Shown piece after piece: positions 44,446 through 60,069 of a stretch of DNA of 64,000 nt. Position 1 is the first letter of the stretch. Each line of letters starts with the position of its first letter. Origin of the DNA: the human T2T-CHM13v2.0 reference genome, Homo sapiens; assembly GCF_009914755.1 (NCBI RefSeq), contig NC_060928.1; one strand, written 5' to 3'. A program made the translations under genes and the position numbers. The notes beneath the pieces were generated by a model. That model did no database searches. It was not told the DNA's origin and saw only the letters and a program-made list of their open reading frames with translations.

Positions 44446-45531
44446 AGAAAGGCACACAAAAACCATGCCCCAAACAGTTCCATTCAATTTGACCATACAA
44501 CAGTAATAATTCTTGGAAGCTCCATATATCTCTTAGTGATATGTGTCCATAAACATCATGAATATGGTTGGGAAGAGCATGAAACCAATAGAATACTTAT
44601 CCTACTTTTGCACTGGTTGAACCAGCTCTCACTTAACCCTTAACCCTCTCTGAATATACTTCTTCATTAGCCAATAATGAGTCATAAATTTTAAAAAATA
44701 CATACAAAAACCATATACATTGAGCCCAATGAGTATCTGCCTGCCCTCTCAGATGTTCCTATGAAAACACTATCACGTTCATTTTTCCAAAACTGTTATA
44801 TTTGCACCCTACCAGACTTACTCAGAGGCTCAGTGCTTTGACCTCTTGCTTTGCTCGAGCATACCCATCAAGGTTGGTTTCAGACTGTCTATGGTTCAAT
44901 GGCACAGGCTTAGTGAAGAAGCCAATCCCAAAAGCTAGTCCCAGCAATACGTTAAAAAATGTTTGAATCTCAAATGGTTATTTATGAAATCACACAGGCT
45001 TCCTCAAGTCTCTCATCTTTCTAGCCCAGCTATGTCTATAACTAGACTTACAACTGAAGCATACTAACTATGCACTGATCAATTTCAACATAGTCTAAAA
45101 AATTCACCACAAGGGTGGAAATAAGCAAAAGAAACATAAAATTTAAAAAAATATACTGCAGTTTTGATTAATAATAAAATTAGAATGAATCCAGTAATGC
45201 TCAACTGGTTGTCACTTAGCAATTTGAAATTATAAATATAACATATTTGATCAGACATTTCCTTCTTTAATTCAGACGGATTCAAGAGCAAAGACTTATG
45301 TTCACCTACTTTCTAGTCTACATGTTATGCAGATGAGGCTTTAGAAAAACAACGCCAGCAATCTCTAAGCATGAGTGCTAGATAGTAGGTGGAAAGAATG
45401 TATTAAGTTCTAGAGGCTTTCAAGTTGGAAGCAGACATGTGAGGAATCTATATGTTTCTTAACGGAAGAGATATGCTTTGAGACAAAGATCAGTCTGAAA
45501 AGGATGTGTACCAGCACATGTTATAATGACC

Positions 45532-45663
45532 CATGTTCATTACAGAGGCATAGCTTATGAGATACTGGGCCTCAATAACCAGAATGTATCAGAAAACATT
45601 CAGAAGTACCTTCTGGTTATTGAGGACAGGTATCTCATAAGCTATGCCTCTGTAATGAACATG
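45532..45663. repeat. Near-perfect 132-nt hairpin (inverted repeat)
   Basis: 34-bp perfect stem (45532-45565 with 45630-45663), 4x4 internal loop, 15-bp perfect stem (45570-45584 with 45611-45625), 26-nt loop region. Confidence 0.95.
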
Positions 45664-45783
45664 AGTTAGGGTGGCTAGGCTATTCTTTTTGTTAAAGTTG
45701 CCTTCATGAAAAAATGCTTAAATTATGTGAAGTTAGAGAATGTGGTCTTAAAAGTCAAGTCTCCACTAGAAAAATGATGTTAA

Positions 45784-46133
<350 letters not shown>

Positions 46134-46149
46134 GATGTTGTGGTTTCTT

Positions 46150-46454
<305 letters not shown>

Positions 46455-46489
46455 GATGTTGTGGTTTCTTACAGCACCAAATACCATAA

Positions 46490-47560
46490 TGAGCAGTTCC
46501 ACACTGTAGAACATTCAAAGAAAGACCTATATAATCTCTACCACTAAAGGCAGTGGTGACCATGAACAAGAGTGTGAGGCATATTTAATCAACAGTGGAT
46601 AGACCAAACTACAACACACACACACCTTATGAGGAACTAGTGGCAGACAAGATTGGAAAGTCAGCAAATTAGGTCATTGGATTTATTAAAAGCAATGCTA
46701 TTTTTTTTCTATATAAACTGTACCCCTGGATAACCAAACAGGACATGAAGTGAAATTTCTCTTTAAAGAAGTAGTCTAACTAATAAATGAAGAATCAATG
46801 ATATAATTAATATATCACCATTTTTCAATTCCCAGTGAACTAGTGGATCAATGTGAACATCAATAGCTGCTATTATCAGAAAAAGGACTAACCAGATATG
46901 ATGTCTTCTGATAAAAGAACACACCACTATCTACAAAGAAGACTTGACAAAATAAATCAAATCTAAATTTGATCATCAATTCAACACCAATCTATAGGGA
47001 ACATAGACAAAGGAAGCGCAAAAGAAAGGCACCACAAAAGTGTAACCAGCAAAATTGAGAGTGTGAACTCTACAAAACAAATGATCTGGTTTCTTCAACA
47101 AGCTGTTGAAAGGGAAGAGAGAAGATATAGAGATGAAGTCCATTGATTAGAAGACACACCAACCAATCACAAAGTGTGGGCATTATTTAAATCTTGATTC
47201 AAATAAACAAACTGAAATATATAAATGACACTTATGAAACAAAAATGTGGCCACTGATTGGGTATTTGACTAAATCACTGCTCAATTTTATTTTGTGCGT
47301 GATAATAGCAATGTGCTTATGTGTTTTATCTTCTAGTGATACATACTGAAATATTTACAGATGAAATAATATAATGCCAATTATTTTCTTGAAATTAATG
47401 TGGATGTGGAAAGTAGACAGAGATAGAGATTTAACAAGATGGATTATGAGCTGATAATTGTTGAAGTTGAGTGACAGGCACATAGGGGTTTATTATAATA
47501 TCCCGTCTTCTTTTGCATATGTTTAATTTTCCATAATAATTTTTTAATGTTCTAAAAATT
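46490..47560 (+). mobile_element. Ancient L1M (MC/MD/ME-type) 3' region
   Basis: catactgaaatatttacagatgaaat...gataattgttgaag...gtttaattttccataata. Confidence 0.6.
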
Positions 47561-50500
47561 TAAACTTTATTTTCCAATCAAATGGAAGTCTTTAGAGATT
47601 TTATTTTGCAAGTGGCAATATGATTAAAAGGGAAATAGGAAAGATAAATTAAGCAATGATTTGCACATTAATTGGCAGTTGGGGAAGACTAAAGACCAGG
47701 AGATTAGTTAAGAGTCTCTTACAGCATCCCGATCTACATTGGAAAAAGTCTGACTGAGGTAACATTAATAGAAATGAAAAGGAAAAAGTGACAGGAATGA
47801 TTTTGAGGAGCATCAAAGTTCGCTGCTACTTGAATATGAAACACTAAGCAGAGAAAGATTAAAAGAGGACACAAAAATCTCAAACCTGGCATATTTTAAA
47901 AATAGTTATGTCATGAATAAATATAGGCCAGTCAAGATGACAAATTGTTGGGTGATGAGGTAACAAATTTACTTCTAGACATCAAGTTTGAGAGGATGAA
48001 GTGACCACTTGCTATTAAAGTAAATTATTGTTTACCTACACATGCATTAAAAAAAATCCTTTGTGCTGTCTCCTGAAATGTGATTATGTGTTTAAAAATA
48101 CAGTGTCATAAATTAAACTTAGCATAATAAAATAATTGAATAAAATAAAACTATAAGTCAAATTTCCTTGTTACTAATATTAAAATAGCCCAAACCCTTC
48201 TTTGATAAAATTCTACTTTTTTGTCATGTTTTACCATTTGTTTACATTATTTCCCTGCAAAAAATGTTCCTTGATATCATAAGTAGATCTGTATATGTAC
48301 TTATTTTATATCACTTTCCCTGTCTCTATACATCTAAACATATAAAGCAATGAACACATCATAGGTGCCCAATAAATACCAAGTTTTCTGGCCAATATGC
48401 TCACTTATTGCAAGCAGTACTGAGAAGAATAAGATTGTAACGCTGCCAGATAATTTGGAAAGTCTTCTGAAGCTTCCTTAAGTAAGATAACATCATTATT
48501 TTATTAAGTAGTATCATTAATTATCTTAAGTAACATCATCAATACTGAAATAATTTCTTCTAGTGACAAACTATGGAAATACATATAGTAGAAACTGTGT
48601 CTAAGTCAGACTTTTGAATTTCATTTATGACAAACTTAGTTGTACACTATTAAAAGTCTATAATAACCACAATACTGTTCAGTGCTTAGCATGTCCATAC
48701 CCAAAAGTTTGGAATTTGTCATTTTTAATCCCTAGCATCATACATTCCCATATCCTTTACCTTAGTAAGTGATTCCTTGTGACCAAGTGAACCACTCTAA
48801 TTACCTCCATAAAAAGAAATTGAGAAGATGTCTCAAAAACAATAAAAAGCAGAAATATATTGTTCTCTAAACCCTCTGATTCTTGACAGTTTTTGCTTCC
48901 TAGATCCACCAGTTCAGCATGCTACCCAATACTGACAACTAATCCCAGACTTTCTTTGCTACTTGAAGCCAAGGCAACATCCAACTACATCATCTCTCGC
49001 TGTTTGCTTGAAAACAAATGTGAAACTATTTCATTCGTTTGCTTGAACTTACCAATAAATACATGGCTAGAGGTCATTTAGTTTGGCAGTATTCTGATTC
49101 AGCAAAGCAATAAAACCAACCCAAACTATTTGAAATCCCAATGTCCAGGACCCTGGAGCACCATGTCTCTTGCTGTCATAGCACCTGACTGTGAGTGTGT
49201 TTCCTCACTCGCCTCTGAAAGCTGGCGGCAAGACCCTTGACCATCAAACAGGAGAAAAATCCTCATCATCTATCAAGGGGGCCATAGTTGGAATCTTTCT
49301 CTGTTATGCACATAGAATGTTCCTGCAGAAACAAAGATCTTTCCATGAACAGTAATAAGTTCCCTCTTGTTTCAACAATGATTGGTTGGAATTTTTATTC
49401 TTACTTTTATCACACCATTAAGTGGGAAAAAAATAATGCACAGAATCAAAAATAGGAGAAAGCAGGACAAAGATGAACACCTCTTAATCTAATTCATTAG
49501 ATTCAGGAAATAATTCTTTAGAAGTCAGGTAAGAATTAGGAGGACAGAGTTAAGTTAAAAGAGACAAATCTAGGAGGCAAGGCATACCAACTCATATTCT
49601 TGTTGTCTATTGAATTTATGAATATAAGTTTATTGCAGCCATCTGAAAGAAAACCACCTTTAGGGAACAGGATATTTCTGTAAGCACCATTTCTACCACT
49701 CAATGAACTTTTTCATACCCTCAACCCTTTGCTAAAATTCCTCTTTCTTATAGACTCTCTTCCCGTCTCTTGTACTCACCTAATTTCTGCAGGTTTTTCC
49801 ATTTCTAGATTACATGTCACATTTTCTGTCTACACTCTCAAAATTTCTTTCTATAAAATATTACTTTTAATTATGGCACCTGCTATATTCTGCTGTGATT
49901 ATCTGTCCCTTGTACTAGATTGTATAACTCCTGAGGGCTGGAAAATGGTCTCATTCATCTTTTATTACCAGCACTAAACCTACTCAGTGTCTGCAGCAGA
50001 TAAGAGCTCAGAAAAGTCTGCTACAATCAAGTGAAAAGAAATACATGCAGCCTTTTTTTGACAGTAGAAAAAGATATCTCCCAAGACATATCTTTGTTGG
50101 TCCTCCTCTATGTTAACACCCATTAATTTATCATTAAATAAACAGTTATTCTTAGAAATGTAAGTATATGAAGAAGCCATCAAACACTGAAAATATTAAA
50201 TATTTTTTATTTGTTTGATTCTTTTATTTTCTAAACTTCTAATTCTCTTCCTTTAACAAAACTAAATATACGTGTATTGTGAGAGCACTTTATATATTTT
50301 ACTTTCAACATTGTTAATCTGATACTTTAGACTTACTATTTTAATATAACTAGTTGTTTTTTTTTCAATAAACCATGCCCTGTGTAAGTGTGACATTTCC
50401 AGACACTCTGCTGCTGATAGAATTGTTACAAAGTTGAAAAAGACAGGGACTTGCCCTTGAGAAATTTATAGTTTGTCAAGACAGACTAGTCAAAAATAAT

Positions 50501-50649
50501 TAAAACTTAATAGGCGAAGGCCTATAATATAAGTACGAAAGTCCAAATGAAATTATTTGGGAGTGGCTTATAATTTAATAAATAAAAATAATGATAAAAT
50601 AATATAGTTTATTTAATTCTTACTTATTTCTATGCTCATTTCTGGATGA

Positions 50650-50900
50650 TCAGTTGCTTAATTCATAAGTAATACTTATTGAGTGCCTACCATGTACTAG
50701 GCATCATTCTAAATGCTTTATGTATATAAAAATATTTAATCATCTCAATAGCTCTCTATATACGCACCATTATTATTCCTATTTTACAGATGAGGACACC
50801 AATGCAGAGAGAGGTTCAAGCAACTTCTTCAGGTTAAATCAGTAGTAGCAGAAATGGGACTGAAATGTAACTGACTGCAGAGTCCCAGTTCCTAACACAA
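50650..50900. mobile_element. MIR
   Basis: cctattttacagatgaggacacc. Confidence 0.7.
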
Positions 50901-51527
50901 TACAATACAGTGACACAATACAGTGTCTCTTTGGTCAAAAAGCAAGTTTTCTACCTCCTGAATGTGCTCCTGTTATTTTATATAATCTTTTGAGAGAAGT
51001 TTGACCAAATCTTGGAGACTCAAACACTCTCTAGAATACTTCTCTTTGTCATCCTAATGGAGGTGAATTTTTGTCTAGGCAGTTTATACCCCCACGTTTC
51101 AAGAATAAAAGATTATTTGTGCTTCTCTCACATTTTACAGACCCAGTAAAATGGCATAGCCTTTGTGAATGTAGATCTGTTAACTGGGTGAAACAAAAAG
51201 AATGCTGTGTACAGAAAATTAACAACTGGGTTCTGTATTCCCTTGCTCTGGCTCTGGCATCATAGAGCAAGTGATTTTAGTTTGCTTCAGGCATAACTTT
51301 TCTAAGATTGCTCACAAATATCCATCCAATACATTCCTAAATACCATTTAAATGAAGCATTTATTCTGATTTAAAATAAAGTTTTCAGTGTAATTGATGA
51401 GAAAGAGTGTATAGATAATAATAACTATTTACTATGGCATTCACGAAAAATGGCCTAAGTTTGTCCATTTATTTATTTATTTATTCAATACACTTTTTTG
51501 ATTGATATTGTTCTATAAGCATTTTAT

Positions 51528-51832
51528 GGCCAGGCACGGTGACTCATGCCTGTAATCCCAACACTTTGAGAGGACAAGGCAAGAACATCACTTGAGCTCC
51601 AGAGTTTGGTAAGACCAGCCTGGGCCACATAGTGAGACTCCGTCTCTATTGAAAATCAAAAAGTTAGCCAGGCATGGTGGTGCATACCCATAGTCCCAGC
51701 TACTCAGGAGGCTGAGGCAAGATGATCACTTGAGCTGGGAGACTGAGGCTGCAGTGAGCTATGATCATGTCAACACACTTCAGCCTAGGCAACAGAGCAA
51801 GACTCTGTGACTCTGTCCCAAAAAAAAAAAAA
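51528..51832 (+). mobile_element. AluJ
   Basis: Diverged dimer with gcagtgagctatgatc and poly-A. Confidence 0.9.
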
Positions 51833-52145
51833 ATTAAATTTAAATTAAAAAAAAACTTGTATGATGGTGAATACAGGAAGTAAAAGAATCAAGATATGAT
51901 TTTATTAAAAACAAGTAAAACTCCTCTGGAGTAAGATCTACTGTAAGCCAAGTCAAAAGAAGAACAACAAAGTAAGAAAAATTATTTAAGACATAGGATT
52001 GACAAACGTTAATTTTCTTGATATACAAAAACATTTTACCAATCAATAAGAAAAAGCTACAGAATGCAATAAAAAAGCACAATGATTTGAATGAGCAATT
52101 CACAGAAAGTAAAATATAAATAATCAATAAATATTTGAAAATAGA

Positions 52146-52454
<309 letters not shown>

Positions 52455-54073
52455 TCAATATCACTCAAAATGAAAAACTGAAAAATATAAATAACACCCC
52501 ATCAACATCTACAAGATTAGCAAAAATATTAGTTTGCTTTCCACTTCCCACAGTTGGTAAGAGAAAAGGAAAGAGGTAATTTCATACCTTACTATTGAAT
52601 TTGTAAAATGCCACAACACCTACAAGAAATTAGCCTCTTACATTTTGCACTGTGGGAAATAAATAAATATTGAATGAACAAAATACGTAAGTCCACTCTC
52701 TCAATTGCTATCCCTGAATATATAATTTGACAAATAGTATTACTTTTGTAAATACTAACCAAATTAACTTCTAATAATCAGATTAACTTCTGATTTTAGC
52801 TTTGTGCTTTAGCCATAGCTAAAATCCAGAGCTCCAATCTTGGTGTTATAATTTGAGTAAATTCTAGTAAAGTCTTGCAGAGACCTCAACCTTATGGAGC
52901 ATCAAAAAAGAGAAAGGCCCTCCCACCCCAGGCAGAGGGGGCAACAGATTTGAAATATTTATTTTTGTTGAAAACTCCTAATAGTGATTTCACATGTTCA
53001 GATTCGTCCTCAAGACCACAGACAATAGGCAAGATAATGATTAAAGCTGCAGATGCACTCAGAAGAAGACTGGGGATCAGCTGGAATTTGTTCTTGCTCA
53101 GTCAGGAACATGTATGAATAGTAGAAAGTTACAAAGTAAACAGACATTTTGGAGAAACATCTCTCTTCCTCTATGTTGAGGAATCATATCTCTTAGAGGC
53201 AGCAAGCATTACTACTCCCCTCAAAGAACTCTCTGCTTCAAATGGTATATTTAGAATGCCCTGAATGTTATAAGAACAGTACCAATCTTATATTCTTACT
53301 CATGCTTTTCCCTATCCTCTCTATCATTGACAGCCTACAATCCTACTCAAACTCTTCCTCCACTATTTTATGGCAAAGTGCTCTTCTCTTTTGACCTCAT
53401 AAAAATTAGACCTTATATTATGTCATCCAGCAATCCTTGGATCTATCATTCGTTTCATGCACTATATTTTCTTAATGAAATAGTTTTTAAAAAACTTAGA
53501 GTGGGACAGTGAGGATAATCACATTGTACTACTTTGCTACCATTGTGGTTGTTTTCTTCACTATAACACACAATAGATGTTGCATAAATGGAGCTTCCCT
53601 CAATAGAAAAGAAAATGATAAAGGCAGTAGGGTAGAATGAGATTTAGTTGACAGGTTCAGAATTAAAATACATGTCACTAGAGAACATAAGGGTTTGCTC
53701 TCTATTCACAATAGGTTAGCTCTTATGTTTATCAGCTTCAAACCTCAAGGTCCATTCTCATAGACTTCACTGCCAGGTTCAAAATTTACTTTCCATTGTC
53801 CATTCTCAGGTACTTCAGTATCTCTGCTTACCACTCCCCAAACACTTGACCTCATAGTGAGAACTTTTACCTACTTCACTCTAGGTACTTTCATTCATTC
53901 TCCACTTTATTACTATTACATTTTATCATATTGACTTGTTTCATTAATCCAAGGATAACTTGGTAGTAGTTATACAACTATGGCTAAAAATATGGAATCC
54001 ACCATCAGCCAGATTTGATGATACCTCTGTTTAGGAACTTACTAACTATGTAACGTTGGACAAGTTAGATAAC

Positions 54074-54125
54074 TGTTGAGAGACAATTCTTCATGGCAAC
54101 ATCTTAGATTTTGTTCTGCATGCTG

Positions 54126-54158
<33 letters not shown>

Positions 54159-54852
54159 AGACGGAGTCTCACTCTGTCGCCCAGTTTGGAGTGCAGTGGC
54201 GCGATCTCGGCTCACTGCAAGCTCCGCCTCCCCAGGTTCACACCATTCTCCTGCCTCAGCCTCCCAAGTAACTGGCACCACAGGCGTCCACCACCATGCC
54301 CGGCTAATTTTTTGTATTTTTAGTAGAGACGGGGTTTCACCGTGTTAACCAGGATGGTCTCGATCTCCTGACCTCGTGATCTGCCCGCCTCGGCCTCCCA
54401 AAGTGCTGGGATTACAGGCGTAAGCCACCGCGCTCGGCCTCTGCATGTATTTTTAAGAGTGTTAGCACACCAGAGAATATCTCCCTCTGAGATGAAGGGC
54501 AGATTTGTTTCCTGACAAAGATAATAAAGATAATGTATCCATCTGAGGCAAATATTGGGCAGGTTAACTAGCAGCCCCTTAAGAGAATGGGGGGTTTCCT
54601 AAGCTTAGAGTCTCTCAGCAGTGACATAAACACACTATCTGAAGCATTCACCAAGGCCACTCTATCACCCCAATAGAACTTGAGAGGCAAGGGAGCATAA
54701 AACTGATGCCACCTACTATATCATAAGTAATAAAGTCATTTGTCTCTGACCCAGGAGTCTCATATCTTCTGTTAATGTCTATCAACCTGTGGCAGACTAC
54801 CTTGTTAACTTCCAAGTAAAGTAAAATCCCAGACTCTTCATAGTTCTTGATA
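54074..54852 (+). mobile_element. ERVL-type solo LTR (LTR47-like) inserted in a MIR and interrupted by an AluY
   Basis: Starts tgttgagagacaattc and ends cttcatagttcttgata; 5-bp TSD ataac (54069-54073 and 54853-54857); internal aataaa. Confidence 0.7.
54127..54439 (-). mobile_element. AluY
   Basis: Long poly-T plus full dimer; partial TSD tctgcatg. Confidence 0.93.
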
Positions 54853-55832
54853 ATAACTTCTCTGTGCTTCAGTCCTACCTATAAAATGGAGAAAGGATGC
54901 CTACTTCACAGAACTAGTACATTAATAAAATGGAATAATGAGATAATGCATATATAATGCTTAAAACCAGTTACAGCCCCATAGCAGGACTCTTGAACAC
55001 TCTTTAAGGAGGCAGAACTTGGTGGCTGCTGACCACCTCCTTGCCAAGTCAAATGTCTTACTCCCCAGTTCAGTCCTTGCTGGTGTCTCTGCACCTCTGA
55101 CATCAGAGATCCTTCTCTCCTCCATCAAAGTTCCTATTTCGTAGACTGTGACTCTGTGCTAAACTGGTTTTCTTCCTACATTTTTGTCCCTCTGCAATTT
55201 CTTCCTCCTACTCACACTCATAAAATAATGAACTAACAAAAGGATAATGTTTCCCAAATGTTCTAAGGCCATCCTAAATTTCCACAAGATACTAGTTAAC
55301 AATGCAACAACGGAAAAGTTTTTTTCTAAAATGGGCGAAGGGAAAGGGAGTAATCAGAATAAGGGGGTGGAGAAAGTCCTGAGATATTTATCAAAGGGAG
55401 AAAAGAGTCATAAGAAAGCCTTATAAAATGTGAGGAGTCACACAATTATGTAGATGATCAATATTTATTATTCTCTAATGCAGAATCTTCATGAAAAATT
55501 TGCGATAAATTTAACTGGAAAGAAAATAAGGAAAATAAGTTACATGGCCAACTGACCATTGAAACACAGTATGGAATGTTGGAAAGAAGACACTTTACCA
55601 TCAACAGATCCCAACAAATCCCAGCTCCAGCCTTCAGTGGTTGTAAGAACTTGAGTGAGATACTTAACCTCATCAAACCTCAGTTTACTCACCTCCCAAA
55701 TGGGGTAAGACTATTCCTCATACCTCAATAAATGGTAGCTATGATGAGTATGATTATTGCAGGATAATGTGAACCAAAAATAAAATTCTAAGCCCCCAAC
55801 CAACTGAATTGACCTCTAAGCCTGGGGCAATC

Positions 55833-58800
55833 TACAACCAATACCACAGTAACAGAAAAGATCATTCAAGGCTACTATGAACACCTTTACACGCACAAAC
55901 TACAAAACCTAGAGGAGATGGACAAATTCCTGGATATATACAACCCTCCTAGATTGAACTAGGAAGAAATACAAACTCTGAACAGACCAATAACAAGCAG
56001 TAGTATTCAAATGGTAATTGTGATGGTTAATGTTGAATGTCAACTTGATTGGATTGAAAGATGCAAAGTATTGTTCCTGAGTGTGTCTGTGAGGGTGTTG
56101 CCAAAGAGATTAACATTTGAGTCAGTGGACTGGGAGAGGCAGACCCACCCTCAATCTGGGTGGGCACCGTCTAATTAGCTGCCAGCACAGCTAGAATAAA
56201 GCAGGCAAAAAAGGTGGAAGGAGCTGACTTGCTGAATCTTCCAGTCTTCATCTTTCTCCCATGCTGGATGGTTCCTGCCCTCAAATATCAGATTCCAAGA
56301 TCTTCAGCTTTTGGAGTCTTGGACTTACACCAGTGGTTTGCCAGGGTCTCTCAGGCCTTTGGCCACAGACTGAATGCTGCACTGTCGACTTCCTTGCTTT
56401 TGAGATTTGGGGACTTGGACTGGCTTCCTTGTTCCTCAGCTTGCAGGCGGCCTACTGTGGGACTTCGCCTTGTGATTGTGTGAGTCAATACTCCTTAATA
56501 AACTCTTCATATATACATCAAACGTATTAGTTCTGTCCCTCTAGAGAACCCTAACTAATACAGTAATTAAAAAATTGCTAACAAAAAAGTCCAGAACCAG
56601 ATGGATTCACAGCTGAATTCTACCAGACATTCAAAGAAGAATTGTAACCAATCCTATGACACTATTCCACTATAAGATAGGGAAAGAAGGAATCATCCCT
56701 ATATCATTCTATGAAGTCAGTATCACCCCAATAGGAAAACCAGGAAAGGACACAACAAAAAAAAAAGAGGAAACTACAGACCAATATCCCTGATGAGCAA
56801 AGATGCAAAAATCCTCAACAAAATACTAGCTAAACCAATCCAGCATACCAAAAAGATAATCCACCATGATCAAGTGGTTTCATACCAGGGATACAAGGAT
56901 GGTTTAACATATGCAAGCAAGTCAATAAATGAGATACACCACATAAACAGAATTAAAAACAAAAACCACATGATTATCTCAACAGATGCAGAAAAATCAT
57001 TTGACAAAATCCAGCATCCATTTATGATTAAAACCCACAGCAAAACTGGCATAGAAGGGACGTACCTTAAGGTAATAAAAGCCATCTATGATAAACCCAC
57101 AGCCAACATTACACTGAATGGGGAAAAGTTAAAAACATTCCCCCTGAAAACTGGAACAAGACAAAGATCCCACTTTCCCCACTTCTATTCAACATAATAC
57201 TGGAAATCCTAGCCAGAGCAATTAGAAAATAGAAAGAAATAAAGGACATCCAAATCAGTAAAGAGGAAGTCAAACTGTCACTGTTCACTATTATATAATT
57301 GTATATCTAGAAAACCCTAAAGACTCCTCCAAAAAACTTCTAGAACTGATAAATGACTTCAGTAAAGCTTCGGGATACAAAATTAATGTACACAAATCAG
57401 TAGCTCTGCTATACACCAACAGCAACCAAGCTGAGAATCAAATCAAGAACTTAACCCCTTTTACAATAGCTGCAAAAAATAAAATAAAATACTTAGGAAT
57501 ATGCTTAACCAAGTAGGTAAAAGATCTTTACAAGGAAAACTACAAAACACTGCTGAAAGAAATCATAGGTGACACAAACCAATGGTAACACATCCAATGT
57601 GAGTTTGGATGGGTAGACTTAATATTGTGAAAATGACCATCCTGCTAAAAGCAATCTACAAATTCAATGCAATTCCCATCAAAATACCACCATAACTCTT
57701 CACAGAACTAGAAAAAAAGACTCCTAAAATTCACATAGAACCAAAACAGAGTCCACACAGTCAAAGCAGGACTAAGCAAAAAGAACAAATCTGGAGCCAT
57801 CACATTACCTGACTTCAAACTGTACTATAAGGCTATAGTCACCAAAACAATATGATACTGGTATAAAAACAGGCACATAGACCAATGGAACAGAATAGAG
57901 GACCCAGAAATAAAGTCAAATACTTACAGCCAACTGATCTTCGACAAAGCAAACAAAAACATAAAGTGGGTAAAGGACACCCTATTCAACAAATGGTGTT
58001 GGGATAATTGGCAAGCCACATGTAGAAGAATGAAACTGTATCCTCATCTCTTACCTTATACAAAAATCAACTCAAGATGGATGAAAGACCTAAATATAGA
58101 ATCTGAAACCATAAAAATTCCAGAAGATAACATCTGAAAAACCTTCCTGGACATCAGCTTAGGCAAAGGCTTCATGACCAAGAACCCAAAAGCAAATTGC
58201 AGCAACAACAACAAAAAAGATAAATAGATAGAACTTAATTAAATTAAAAGGCTTCTGCATAGCAAAAGAAATAATCAGCAGAGTAAATTGACCACCCATA
58301 GAGTGGGAGAAAATCTTTGCAAACTATGCATGACAAAGGACTAATATCCAGAATCTACAAGCAACTCAAACAAATCAGCAAGAAAAAAAAAAAAAAAGAA
58401 ACCATCCCATCAAAAAGTGGGCTAAGGACATGAATAGATAATTCTCATAAGATATACAAATGGTCAACAAACATATGAAAAAATGTTCAACATCATTAAT
58501 AATCAGGGAAATACAAGTCAAAACCACAATGTGATACCACCTTACTCCTGGAAGAATGGCCATAATACAAAATAACAGATGTTGGCGTGGATGTGGTGAA
58601 AAGGGAACACTTTTGCACTGCTGGTGGGAATGTAAACTAGTACAACTACTATGGGAAACAGTGTGAAGATTCCTTAAAGAACTAAAAGTAGATCTACCCT
58701 TTGATCCAGCAATCCCACTACTGTGTATCTACCCAGAGGAAAAGAAGTCATTATACAAAAAAGACACTTGCACATGCATGTTTATAGCAGCACAATTTGC

Positions 58801-59250
58801 AATTGCAAAAATATGCAACCAGACCAAATGCCCATCAATCAAGTAGATAAAGAAAATGTGGTATATATATACCATAGAATACTACTGATGCATAAAGAGG
58901 TATGAAATAATGGCATTTGCAGCAACCTGGATAAAATTGGAGACCATTATTCTAAGTGAAGTAACTCAGGAATGGAAAACCAAACATCGTATGTTCTCAC
59001 TCATAAGTGGAAGCTAAGCTATGAGGATGCAAAGGCATAAGAATGATACAATGGACTTTGGGGTCTCAGGGGAAAGAATGGGAGGAGAGTGAGGGATAAA
59101 AGACTACACATTGGGTACAGTGTACACTGATCAGTTGATGGGTACACCAAAACCTCAGAAATCACCGCTAAATAATGTACCCATGTAACAAAACACCACC
59201 TGTCCCCCCAAAACCTATTGAAATTTAAAAAAATTAAAATTAAAAAATAA
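55833..59250 (+). mobile_element. 5'-truncated L1PB (degenerate ORF2 plus 3'UTR)
   Basis: Frameshifted ORF2 (RT region peptide at 56793-57197); 3'UTR gctaagctatgaggatgcaaaggcataag. Confidence 0.9.
56019..56562 (+). mobile_element. MLT2A-like (ERVL) solo LTR nested in the L1PB
   Basis: tgtgatggttaat...ctaactaataca; 5-bp TSD gtaat. Confidence 0.9.
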
Positions 59251-59666
59251 AAGTAAACCTGAACACTAGTTCAGGCCATGATGGCAATGGGTGGTTGGGC
59301 ATGCCTCCTTATACATTCTTCCCTTTGGAATTCAGGCACAGTTGACCGGCATTAACATTAAAACAGAACTTAAGATCGACAAAGCAGATTCTCTTTGTAG
59401 CAATAAGATACCAACATGGCAGACAGTGGGCCCTGAAAGAAATCAAAGTATTTTACCCCAAGATGTATTTCTTTGATATATTTTGAAATGGCCCTGCCAA
59501 GCTGTCCCTTGTGCGGAAAATCTACATTCTGTAGAGAATCCCCTTCCCTTTCCAGATCTTTTTCCTGCTCCAGGAGAGGTTAAGAGTCTGGTACCTCTTT
59601 AAGTCTGATAAGAAACATTTATAATGTATTCTCTCTGAAGCCTGCTACCTGGAGGCCTCATCTACA

Positions 59667-59712
59667 TTTGGCCATTATGGCCAAAACCACAATTACTTTT
59701 GCACCAAGCTAA
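59667..59712. mobile_element. Partial MADE1 (Hsmar1-derived MITE)
   Basis: tggccaaaaccacaattacttttgcaccaagctaa followed by TA matches one MADE1 TIR. Confidence 0.8.
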
Positions 59713-59733
59713 TAGAAGTTATCACCAGCTTCA

Positions 59734-60069
<336 letters not shown>

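Larger units (their letters stand above)
55768..59666 (+). mobile_element. MER4-group LTR split by an L1 (pieces 55768-~55832 and ~59251-59666), 3'-truncated
   Basis: Starts tgtgaaccaaaaataaaattctaagcccc and resumes aacctgaacactagttcaggccatg after the L1 tail. Confidence 0.7.

Noticed and set aside
56793-57197. 134-aa RT-like ORF
   Set aside because: Degenerate L1PB ORF2 with frameshifts and stops.
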